Of a stretch of 64,000 nt of DNA, positions 36,641 to 48,164 are shown one piece after another. This DNA comes from Callorhinchus milii (Eukaryota), in NCBI RefSeq assembly GCF_018977255.1, contig NW_024705026.1:1-64000 (forward strand). Direction: 5' to 3'. The translations under genes and the position numbers were made by a program. A model generated the notes under the pieces. It was given only the letters and a program-made list of their open reading frames with translations, was not told where the DNA came from and searched no databases. Position 1 is the stretch's first letter, and each line of letters begins with the position of its first letter.

Positions 36641-38102
36641 AACAGTGTTTGTGTAAATGTATTCTGAATTTCGCTCCTTCAGCTTAGTGAAGACAGAAAT
36701 CATGTCTCCGCGAAATCATCTTTTTTTGCGTTTGTACATGGCCAATATATACTTAGCCACTCCTCATAGTCCAGGCCCTTCAGTCAGTCAATTATTTTGG
36801 TTGCTAACCTCTATATCTAATAGCCGGGGTCATCAGCACACTTTCCCCTGTGGGTAGACATGCTGTCCATCCTTTGCCTCCTATACTGTGCCCAGCAACG
36901 TCAATGTCAAAACGTCTTGGGTTTGGCAAGAGGGACAGTAGGTGGATTATTTGCCAGCTGTTTCCGTCGTTGACCTGCTTTGAAGTTTTTACTATGTCAT
37001 CTTCAGCCGGGCCCAATCACTCACTCTATTTTGGCTGGCCTGGACTTCAAGAGATTTTCTCTGTCTTCAGACAGATGGCCACCGAACCTCAGGTAACGAC
37101 AATGAGCCATTGACTACACAGGCCCACATCCCTGGGATCATTCTGGTACATCTCCTCAGCATCCATGCCAACAGCTAAGTATCTTTCATTGTATGAGAAC
37201 GTGCACATATGAAAACAATGCTGCAGGTGCAATCTATCGAATGATATGCACATACGTGCCATTGCAGGTTGACTTTCTTTACCTTTTGGTTCTACCTATA
37301 AAATCCAGTACACGGTCAACTTTTATATCGACATTTCGACACCCATTGATGGGAAGTATATACAGGTTCACATTCTCAATTGCTTGGGAACTGCCAGCCT
37401 CCAAGTCCAGTTCCTACTCTGCACCAAGCAAAGCACTGTCAGTTGTCGTCCTACATTGAATATTTGATATTTCGAGCTCAAAATCAGCAGTGGTCCCAAT
37501 AAAGAACATTGGCGGACAGCACTGCAGACTTCCCTCTTTTCAGGAAATCAAACGTTCACCAAACGTTGCCTTTCTTCTTTCAGTGAACTTGGATTCATCC
37601 CGTCTCGTCCTTGTGACTTATCTACTCTGAGCACCAATTGATTTTCAGTAACTTGATTTTTTTCTTGACCTATCCAATTTCTGTTCCCTCTTACCTAATC
37701 CTGTGGCATTGGCTGCATCCTCATCTTCTGCGACCACTGGAGAAACATCCGTCTATTCCTTTGAAGGTTGTGTCCCCAATGACAATCTCACTCAAACTCT
37801 TCTCTGTGTCCAACTGTGCATCCATTTGGTTCGGCTCCTCTCCTCTGTGTTGCCATCACCCTGACGAATTTTCAGTACGTTGGACAGGTTTCTGAGTTCC
37901 ACACTTGCATGTGAATTGCGGAGTGCACTTCACCTCTTCCTACTGCAATCAAAAACTCCCTTTCTGAGCCCTCTGTGGCTGTTGGATGAAAACCACCTGA
38001 AACGTTAGGTCCATGAACACATCAACATTAACAACTTACACTTATGCATCGCCATCCACACATGTTGGCCTTTCAATGGCTGATTTGTAGACCTGGAATT
38101 CG

Positions 38103-38172
38103 GTGCAGTGGTGTCCGTAAGCACGGTTGGAGTTCCAGTGCAGTGGTGTCCGTAAGCACGGTTGGAGTTCCA
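38103..38172. repeat. Perfect 35-bp tandem duplication
   Basis: gtgcagtggtgtccgtaagcacggttggagttcca x2. Confidence 0.9.
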
Positions 38173-38174
38173 GT

Positions 38175-38450
38175 TTTTCAGGCATGGCATGAAATGAGGG
38201 AGGATGTTCCAGATCTATGGGCGTAGTGACTGAAAATGTGAACTCTGATGCTGGGACGGAAGGTGTTTGGGTCCTTCAGGAATCTTGTACCAGTCGAGCC
38301 GAGGAGCCACGTTGTGTATTGTGGAGTGAGGAGATCGGAGATGTAGGGAGATGCCAGGGAGTGAATGGATTTGAACACGTTTATGAAGATCCTACAGTCG
38401 ATCCTTTCGTTCATGGGGAGCCATTGGAGCAAGGCCCGAGCTGATGGGCT
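38175..38450 (-). mobile_element. L2-type LINE fragment
   Basis: LQWLPMNERIDCRI...FKSIHSLASPYISDLLTP. Confidence 0.82.
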
Positions 38451-39007
38451 GTGGTTTGGGATATTGTCTTTCGGAAATTATCAATCGACAACAGGAAGGA
38501 GACATCATGATTGTCATCATCTCATTCACAAGTTTCTTCAAAACTAGACTTGCAAGGAGGATTGAGAAATAATGCATTTGGAACAACTCTATTTCGAATT
38601 TGATAATGCTGATGTTTATTTAGCGCTGGCCCATAGTTGAGATTAAGTGCATCCAATAATCTTTCAACATAGGAAATAGCGTGTTCGTTGGCAGTTTTTC
38701 AATATTTTGAAAAAAATTCATAAGATCTCCTCTGTCATGTTCCACAGCTATCAAAACGGCTCTGCACAAACTTTACATAGAAAGTAGTAAGAGATGCATA
38801 AAAGGAGTATGAGGAAAAAAGGTACACGGGAAAACAAGAGCAACAGGAACTGTTCATGTTAAAAAAGGAGTTTGAGAAATGGAAATGTGAGCCGGATAGA
38901 GACAGATAAGCGTCAGATTATATTGGAAAATAATGAAATGAGAATCCTGCTAAATGAATACTTTACTTCGGTTTTCAAAGAAGGTTGAGTGGCCAAGTTA
39001 CCAGCGG

Positions 39008-39324
39008 AAAAATAAAATAATAAAAATAGCAATGCTTGCAATTGATTTAGCCCGTATCCCGTCTTCCAAACGTCTCAAAGCGCTTCACAGAATATACTTT
39101 AATCAATTGACCATATATTTGTGGACGAGCAGCCAATTGCGCATAGCAGCCTAACTCAAACAGTCTTGGATTGTAGTTGACCAATTAATTATTGGTTTGT
39201 GTTGGAGGGATTATTATTAGACGTTCTGAGTAAGGAAACTTGCCAAAGTTATCGCCCTGCCAGGAATTCAACCCAGGTTTCTCGCTTTCGGGAGAGTGCT
39301 CTAACCAAAGAGTTTCAGGACTCC
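39008..39324 (-). mobile_element. tRNA-derived SINE, diverged
   Basis: Reverse-complement match to the 25761 element, ending gagtgctctaacc...caggactcc. Confidence 0.82.
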
Positions 39325-39349
39325 TCGTGTACCCAGAAGTCACTTAAAT

Positions 39350-41540
39350 GATGGAAGTGGATGTTTTTATTATAAATGAAAATGGTAATGGATAAAATGA
39401 TGGGCTATAGAAAGAAAGATTTTGCCGTCCTGTTAAGTCCCACCCAAGGTGCGAAAATAAGTTGTGTATCAAATTGGGATCGATGCATTAGTCTTAATTT
39501 TCCAAAGCTTCTCTATATTCGGGAACTGTACCATTGGATTGGCGAATTGCAAATGTCACTCCATCACGCAAGAATTGTGGGAGGCAGAGAGAGGGAGACC
39601 AGGTGACAACAAGCGTGTCAGCTTAAGTTCAGTTGTGGGAAAGTTACTGGAATCTCTCATCAGGTTTGAAAGGATTGAGTACTTGGACAAATATGCGCTG
39701 ATCAAAGAGAGTCAGCATAGATTAGTGAATAGTGTGAAATGCCTGACGGTTCCAATTGTCATGTTTAAGGCGGCCAATAACATGGTGGTGAGAGATGGAT
39801 GGTTTCGACATGGGCTTCCAAGAGGTCTTTGATAAGGCTCCGCCGAAAGAGGTTATTTGCAAAAAAATAAAGTGCGTGGAATGGTAGATAAATTGCGATA
39901 TGCTGGTAACTGAATAGGGAGCAGGAAAAAGATAGAAAGTATAAAGGAAATTTCTCTGATTGGGAGGACCCAAAAACTCCGCATTTTATATTGGTTTTTA
40001 GTCAACTCTCGTCATGTTCATCAATCTCTATACCAACTTCCCTCAAAACGTTCTTCATATGGAGGCAGCGTGTACAAAACAATGCCTTTGTGTCATTGTT
40101 TTCTCCATTTTCACTTCGTTGATATTAGTTAGTTTGTTTATTTGTTTATGTTTTTTATTTATTTTATTTCTTTTTATTTCTTTCATTTTTTTTATTACTT
40201 TAAGTATTTATTGATTTGTTTGACAGGGTTTTTATTTTTCTATGTATTTATATAGAATTGACTTGTGAGAAGGAACATAGAGATGTGTACTCAAATTTCA
40301 AATGAAACAAATTTAGCAGACACGTTTAATTGTGTAGATGGGTGCAGCAAGATGCAAAGGGAATTAGAATAGATTTAAGGAGTGGGCAGCACGGTGGCAG
40401 GTGCAATTCAATCTTGGGAAGTGCGAGGTCATACATTATAGGTCCGAAAATACAAAATAGTTTATTTACTAAGTGGTGACAATATTAGCACTGTAGAAGA
40501 GCAAATGTGGTTGGATGTCCACGTACAGAACTTACTAAAAATAAGAGTACATTGGCAAGAGGTTATAAAAAAGTAAAACGGGATCTGGGCCTTTATCTCA
40601 CGGTGGTTGGATTATAGAGGAGAAGAAATGATCCCTCAAACATATAGAATCTTGGTCAGATTCTCTCTGGAGTAATGCGTTCAGTTTTGCGCATCGCAAC
40701 TCAGGAAGGATATGTTGGTACATCGAAGACTAAACAGAAGGACAAAAAGGCTGCAATGGCTAAATTATGCAGACAGTTCGCAAAAACTTGTTGTCTAATT
40801 CTTTCTGCTTATAAGGTTGAGAAACGATTTGCTTGAGGTTTTGAGATCGATAAATTTATTGATTAGGGTATGTACTGACGCACTATATCCTCTTGTTGGG
40901 GAATCCAAGACAGGGAGACACACATTTGAAATGAGAGTTTGGCCATTTTGGGGTGAATTTAAGAGGCCGATGATCCAAAAATGTAGTGAAAATCTGGAAC
41001 GTTCTGTCAAAAAACGCTGTCGATGCCCCCAGTCTGTTGACATATTCGTGGAGTTCTCTCGCTCAGTGGTTAGAGCACTCGATTTACAAGCGAAGAGACC
41101 TGAGTTCAATCCCCGGCACGTCAGGGCGAAACCTTGGGCAAGTTTCCTTACTCCACACAGACTCCTGATAATAATCCCTCCAAAACCAAAAACAATAACA
41201 AATTGGTCATATTCAATGTACGACTGTTTGTGGGACATTGCTGTGCGCAATTGGCTGCCGCGTTAGCCCACAAATATACAGTCAATTCACTTTACAGAAT
41301 GTTCTGTGAAGCGCTTTGGGACGTCCACCCGAAGTGAAAAGCGCTGTATCAAAAGCAAGGATTATTATTATTATTACTATTATATTGAAGGCTGAGTTGG
41401 ATAGATATTTGTTAGGTGAGACAATTAAGGGATATTGGGATGGGTGGCTGATGGGACTCGAGTTGGAGACCAGGATTGATGTATAGAGCATGCAACAGGC
41501 TCGAGGGGCACAAATAATTCCTCCTGTTTTTGTACTTCCC
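39350..41540 (+). mobile_element. Fragmented CR1-type LINE, interrupted by AT-rich sequence and a SINE
   Basis: RPGDNKRVSLSSVVGKLLESLI...LIKESQH (CR1 RT N-terminus), later tggcaggtgcaattcaatcttgggaagtgcgaggtcatacat and RNDLLEV. Confidence 0.75.
41049..41384 (+). mobile_element. tRNA-derived SINE, full length
   Basis: gctcagtggttagagcactcg...(att)n. Confidence 0.9.
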
Positions 41541-41664
41541 TCCATATCCTGAATCACTCTTGTTGCCCACTCGACCATGCTTTCTTCACCGCCCGACAGG
41601 ACTTCTCAAATACAGTCTTTGTCGATTTCCCCAGTTCCACCAGTCATAGGATCCAACTCATCCA

Positions 41665-41864
41665 ATACAGCAATATCCCACAAGCAGTCGCAGATTGAAA
41701 ATGACCAATTTATTATTGTTTTGTTTTTGGTTTTGGAGGGATTATTATCAGGCGTGTGCAGTAAGGAAACTTGCCCAAGGTTTCGCCCTCTGCGTGGAAT
41801 TGAATTGAACTCAGATCTCTCACTTGCAAAGCGAATGCTCTAACCACTGAAGTACAGGACTCCA
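41665..41864 (-). mobile_element. tRNA-derived SINE, 5' half
   Basis: Reverse complement of the head and body, ending caggactcca. Confidence 0.88.
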
Positions 41865-42443
41865 TAAACGCCGTCTGGCGTGGGAGGCGCTATTAAAATC
41901 TAACTTGTTATTGTTGTTGTTGCTGACTTTGTGAGAGACAGAGAGAGACTCTGTGTGCGAGAGACAGAGAGAGACTGTGCAAGTGAGAGAGACAGAGAGA
42001 ATATATGTATTTGAGATAGAGACTCTGAGTGTGAGAGACAGAGAGACTATGTGTGTGAGACAGAGAGAGACTGTGTGTGTGAGACAGAGAGAATATATGT
42101 GTTTGAGACAAAGACACTGAGTGTGAGAGACACAGAGACTATGTGTGTGAGACAGAGAGAGACTGCGTGTGTGTCAGCGACAGATAAACAGTGTGTGTGT
42201 GTGAGCTGCCCCTGAATCTGTCATTCCCTTACACCAGCACAAACACTGCAGATCAACACCAGAGAGTCAGGACATGCCCCTCATTCCCAAACTCAGTCAG
42301 TGAGAGAGACAGACACAGAGACACAGAGACAGAGAATGTGTGGACATGTGTTTGCCTCTGTGTCCCTGTCTCTCACTCTGACTACTGCTCCCAGGATGCC
42401 CCGCGCGGCCCGGCCCCGTCACCAGAGGGCTCTGAGCCGTGAG

Positions 42444-42468
42444 GCATGCCGGGAACTGTAGTTTCCGG
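42444..42468 (-). promoter_or_regulatory. ZNF143/THAP11-type ACTACA motif with adjacent CCGGAA, in a small CpG-rich patch (~42390-42560)
   Basis: The minus strand reads CCGGAAACTACAGTTCCCGGCATGC, matching ACTAYRNNNCCCR plus GCATGC. Confidence 0.6.
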
Positions 42469-43987
42469 GTCTGTGCCGCAGGCTGTGCCTGTGATTGTGA
42501 CGGCACAGCGAGAGAGGGACAGAGAGAGACTGTGACTGACCAGTGGCCGCCGTGTCCTCTCTCCTTAGTAAGAATAATAATAATAAGAATAATAATCGTT
42601 GCCTTTGATACAGCGCTTTTTCTCGACGTCAGATTAAACTGTTTCGTGAATTGACTGTGTATTTGTGGGAAAACGCGGCAGCCAATTGCCCACAGCACTG
42701 TCGCACACAAACAGCTGTGCGTTGAAACGAATAATTTTATTATTGTTTACTGAGGATTTATTATCAGGCTTTTAAATGATTTTGAATTAGAGAAAATAAC
42801 AATCAATAATAGATAATAGACAATAGAAAATCGATAAACAATAAATACAAATAATCATAAAACCTGAGCGTTTGAAAATTTGTCATCACTTTGTAAAACC
42901 TTTCGCTCTCTTACTCTCTCTCTCCCACTCTCTCTCTCTCTCTTTCTCTCTCTCTGACTCTGTTGCCGCCGCCAGGTTTCTGTTTTACAGAGACCGGGCT
43001 ATTTAAACAGAGAGCAATATTTTACACAGAAACCCAGACTGTTGTACAGAATACAGGTCTGTTATACAGAGACCTGACCTGCAATACAAAACCTTGTACT
43101 GTTATACAGTGACCAGTTTGTTTTACACAGATCTTGTCTGTTATACAAAGAACAGGATTGTTATACAAAGACTAGGCCTCTTAAACAGAGACCAGGCAGC
43201 TGTATGGACACCACGACTGTTATAAATAGAACAGACCTATTATACATAGATTAGGCTGATTATACAGAGACTTGGGCTGTTATATAGAATGCAGGCCTGC
43301 TATACATATGCAAGGTCTGTTTTACAGAGAAAGCACTTTTATATAGGGAACAAGCCTATTATACCTAGACTAAGCCGTTATGTAGGTTCCAAGTGTTATA
43401 TGTAAACCAGTGCTCTTGCAAAGATACTTGGCCTCTTAAACGGAGACTACACGTTTTATACACAGTCAAAGACTGTTATGCAGACACCAGGACTGATCCA
43501 CAGAGTACAGAATGCGATACAGGAAACAGGTCACTTAAATACAGACCAGGCATGTTGTGTAAATACAAGGCTGCTATTGATAGATAAGGCCTATTATGTA
43601 AAGAACAGATTTGCTATACAGAGAACAGTGCTATTGCAAAGAGACAGGTCTGTTGTACACATAACAGTGTTGTTATACGGAGAACCGGACTGATATACCT
43701 AACCTAGGCCTGTTTTAGAGAGACTGGGCTGTTATACGGAGTCCAAGCCTTTTATACATATACAAGGCCTATTATACAGAGACCAGACAGTTTTACAGAC
43801 ACCAGGCCTGTTATACATAGAATAAGCCTATTATACATAGATTAGGCAGATAATACTGAGACTAGGCAGTTTTACAGAAAGCAGGTCTGTTATACATACA
43901 CAAGGGTTGTTTTACAGAGACGAGGCTGTTATAGAGGGCACAAGAATATTATACATAGACGACGCCAGTTAGAGACGCGGCCTTTTA

Positions 43988-44272
43988 TAATAGTAATAAT
44001 AATCCTTGTATTTGATATTGCGCTTTTCACGTCAGGAGGATGTCCCAAAGCGCTTCACAGAACACACTGTAAAGTGAATTGACTGTATATTTGTGGGCGA
44101 ACACGGCAGCCAATTGCGCACAGCAATGTCCCATAACCAGCCGAAGATTGAAAATGACAAATTAATTTTTGTTTTGCGTTTTGGAGGGATTATTATTTGG
44201 CGTGTGGAGTAAGCAAACTTGCCCAAGGTTTCGCCCTGCCTGGAGTTGAACCCAGGTGTCTCGCTTGCAAAT
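43988..44272 (-). mobile_element. tRNA-derived SINE, slightly 5'-truncated, inserted in the satellite
   Basis: Reverse-complement match to the SINE family. Confidence 0.88.
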
Positions 44273-44791
44273 GTACAGTCTTGGCCTGTTAAAGAGGAAC
44301 CAGTATGTTTCACAGAAAGCAGACCTACTATAGATAAACAAGGCCTGTATTACTGAGGGACCAGGCCTGTTATATGTAGACCAGGCCGGCAATACAGGGT
44401 ACTGGCTATTATATGGAAAACAGTGCTCTTTTATAGAAACCAGGCCACTCATACAGAAACTAGGCCTTTTGTTGATATGCAAGGCATTTTGTACAGAGAC
44501 CAAGCTTTTACACAGATATCACGTCCATTACACGGAGACTCAGCCTCTTATACAGAGGACAGGCCAGTTATACACAGCCAGCTGTTATACAGAGACTAGT
44601 CCAGTTATAGAGAGACCATAAATAGTCCAGAATTGTGACAAAGAGACCAGGCCAGTTACACAGAAACTACGCAAATTATACAAGAATCAGTCATTTCAAG
44701 GAGCTTTAGACTGATAAGACGTGTTATCCAGTGATCAGACTGTTACATGGAGACCAGGCCTCTTGTATACAGAACAAGAAGTTATAGCGAG

Positions 44792-44921
44792 CAAAACACA
44801 AAATACTGCAGATGCTGAAATCTGAAATAAAAACAGAGAGAGCTGGGAAACCTCAACAGGTGAGGCAGCATCTATGGAGAAACTTAAGAGAGTCAAAGTT
44901 TCTGGTCCACCACCCTTCGGC
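44792..44921. mobile_element. 130-bp insertion with target-site duplication (retroelement end)
   Basis: Flanked by agaagttatagcgag (44777-44791) and agaagtttatagcgag (44922-44937). Confidence 0.7.
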
Positions 44922-46348
44922 AGAAGTTTATAGCGAGACCTGGCCCATTAAACAGAGACCAAGTCTATTATACATAGACCAGATCTATTACACAGACTTC
45001 AAGCTGTGAATCAAAGACGAGGCCTGTTAAAAGGCCTAGAAGTGCTGTTCTATAGAAACCAGGTTTGTTATGCAGAGCCAAGGTCAATTTTACTAAGGCC
45101 AGGCCGGTTATACAGAGACCAGACCTGTTAAACGAGACCATGACATATATACAAAAACCAAGCCGGTATACATATAAGAGGTTGTTATACAGAGATCAGG
45201 CCAATTATACGTAGGCTATGCCTATTATAAAGAGACCAGGCCTGGTATGCAGAGACAAGGGCAATTTTACAGAGACCGAGTCTATTATGCAGAGACCAGA
45301 GCTTTTTAACAGAGAACAGTGATGCTGCACAGACATGAAGCCAGTTGTACACCGTGCAAAGATTTCCTACAGAGACAAGAATTGATATAAAGAGCCATGG
45401 TCAGTTATACAGAGGCCAGGCTGCTATACAGGATCCAAGCTGTTATACAGAAAACAGGCCTGTTATACAGAGACCAGACCTGTTATACAGAGAACAGACC
45501 AGTTATAAACAGACCAGGCCTGTTATTCAGAGATCAAGCCTTTTATGCAGACCAATGGTGAATTATATAAAGACCAGGCATTAATACAGAGATAAGGCCA
45601 GTTACATAGAGACCAGCCCAGTTGCTCATAGAACACGTTTGTCCTTCATTCAAGGCACCTCCATGGTCTTATTCCCCCCTACTTCTTCGACTTCATAAAA
45701 GCACATCAGAAAGTCTGCTCCCTCCACTCGGCAGAAACCGGCCTGCTTTAGTTCACCTGCAATTCCTGCCCCACCTTTGGAGGTCAGACGTTCAGCATCT
45801 TTGTCCCAACACTCTGCAACTCTACCCGCATTTCCTCTGCCTCACATCCTTCAAGTCCCACCTGAAGGTCTTTGTCGTCGACCATGCCTTCAATTTCAAA
45901 AGCCCTCATTGACTTACACGGCCCTTCGTCCGCCACCTCCTTCAACACAACTGACCCGTCTACAACATTCACTCAAAAAACGCCGGCAGCTTCATATCAC
46001 CTCCAACCCAACCCAATATCCGCCACACCGTGTGAGATTTCAGCCATTGTACACCCCGCGCTCCCGAAAACCATCTCAGAGATATTAGGTCTGTCTCAGA
46101 GCCTCAAACTAATCCAATTAATGGCGCTTTTTGTTATACTCCCACCCCTTCCCCCCCATCCCCACCCCAACGTGTACACCACGCTTCACCACAGTCCAAA
46201 GCCTTCCTTGCTCGGGTGTCCTTGTCACTGTACAAGGCTCACTCATCTTCTCTTGGGATCCAAGTCACAATCAGTTGATGTCACAAGAAAAGATTAAATG
46301 AGACGAATTGTCAGTTCAGCGACTGGGAGCCGCCGACACACTCACACT

Positions 46349-46359
46349 GAAACCGAAAC
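46349..46359 (+). promoter_or_regulatory. ISRE/IRF element GAAACCGAAAC
   Basis: Matches GAAANNGAAA, ~30 nt upstream of the TRIM ATG. Confidence 0.65.
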
Positions 46360-47029
46360 CAGTTTCAATCAGAAAGTGCTGAGGTTCAAAATGGCTTCTG
46401 GACTGCCAGGCTGAGACCTGGACCGAGGAGATCATTTGCCCGGTTTGTCTGGATTTCTTCACTGACCCTGTTAGCCTGGACTGTGGGCACAACTTCTGTC
46501 GCTCCTGTGTCACCCGGAGCTGGGAAAAGCAGGAGAAAAACTGCTGTGCTGTTTGTCAGGAGACATTTCCAGAAAAGCATCTCACAGCCTGTTGGGCCTT
46601 GGCGAGTCTAGCAGAGAAAGCTCGAAAATTGTGCCTGAACCCGACACAGACGGCAGTTAACCTTCAGTGTGAGAAACACCGGGAGCAACTGAAGCTGTTC
46701 TGTGAAACTGACAAGAAATTGATCTGTTACATTTGCAGAGATGAGAAGGAACACAGAGGTCACAGCTTCCTGCCGATTGACGAAGCTGCTGAAATCTACA
46801 AGGTAACGGTACCCTCAAGAGGGATTAATTCTGTTTCCACATCAAGTTTTCACGTCAAACATTTTTATTCTGTGCTGTTATTCCAGGATCAAGTGAAATC
46901 CTCCTTGGCTTGTCTCACAAAGAGAAAGGAAACTGCTCTGGAAGCTGAAACCAAACAGAGAGAAAAGATTTCACAAGTAAAGGTAGATTTTGTCGCGGCT
47001 GACATCTAGTTTATCAGCGAGTCTCTGTT

Positions 47030-47425
47030 TGCTGTCTGTGCACGGTGTGATGTCTCAGTGTCTCTGGTTACTGTGTGTACACGGTGTGATGTCTCAGTGT
47101 CTCTTGTTACTATGTGTACACGGTGTGATGTCTCAGTGGCTCTGGTTACTGTGTGTACACGGTGTGATATCTCAGTGTCTCTTGTTACTATGTGTACACG
47201 GTGTGATGTCTCAGTGTCTCTGGTTACTATGTGTACACGGTGTGATATCTCATTGTCTCTGGTTACTGTGTGTACACGGTGTGATGTCTCAGTGTCTCTG
47301 GTTACTATGTGTACACGGTGTGATATCTCATTGTCTCTGGTTACTGCGTGTACACGGTGTGATGTCATGTCTCTGGTTACTGTGTGTGCACGGTGTGATG
47401 TCTCAGTGTCTCTGGTTACTGTTTG
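47030..47425. repeat. 39-bp minisatellite (~10 units) in TRIM intron 2
   Basis: Unit gtgtacacggtgtgatgtctcagtgtctctggttactgt; gives a 13-aa periodic spurious ORF. Confidence 0.95.
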
Positions 47426-48164
47426 TAATGCTTGAATGTCTGACATTTGCAGGAACAGGTGAACAGTCTGCAGACCCACGTCATGGCTGAGTTTGCAAAA
47501 ATACACCAGAGTCTAACTGACAGAGAGCAGCGAGTGATGCGAGATCTCAAACAGCGAGAGGAGGAGATTTTAAATCGAATGGAGACAAATCTGCGAGAGA
47601 TTCAGGGCAAATTAGATTCTGTTGAACAAGAACTCTCTTACTTACAGACACAGATTGGGAAAGACGCTATCACCTTCCTGCTGGTAAAGGGATGACATTA
47701 CAATGCAGCTCAGTATCAGTTACACACAATCTGGGGAATACAGTCTAATTGTGATTGATAAAGAGATCAGAGATTGAGTTGGCACATGAGAGATTCCGTA
47801 CCCATTTAAGTGGTTGTTTTTGGTGGTGTCTCAGTGTGAGCTGACATTTGTCTGTGTTTGATTTCATTAGGAGGAAGCTGCTGTCAAAAGAAGGTATGAA
47901 ATCATCTTTACCAAACATCCCAGAATTGAACCCACAAACTAACCATTTGGGCAGTTTCAATTTATAATTTGATCGTCTGTTATTTCAGCGTCAGTGACGA
48001 GGGACTTGATCTGTCAGTGTGTGAGGCTGAGCTCCCTGTGGCCAAGTACAAATGGCCTTTGAAGAACACAGTCTGGAGACAGATTATAGACAACATCAGC
48101 CCAGGTAAGCGTCTCCCTGATGCCGTGTCAATAGCCTTACAATCACCTGGAACCCAACACATAA

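Larger units (their letters stand above)
42975..45620. repeat. Degenerate 20-bp satellite (gttatacagagaccaggcct)
   Basis: The 20-nt period is clearest at 45450-45530; the array is interrupted by two insertions. Confidence 0.9.

Noticed and set aside
46599-47009. 136-aa ORF as a standalone B-box protein
   Set aside because: It is TRIM exon 1 read through an in-frame 84-nt intron into exon 2, starting at a TTG.
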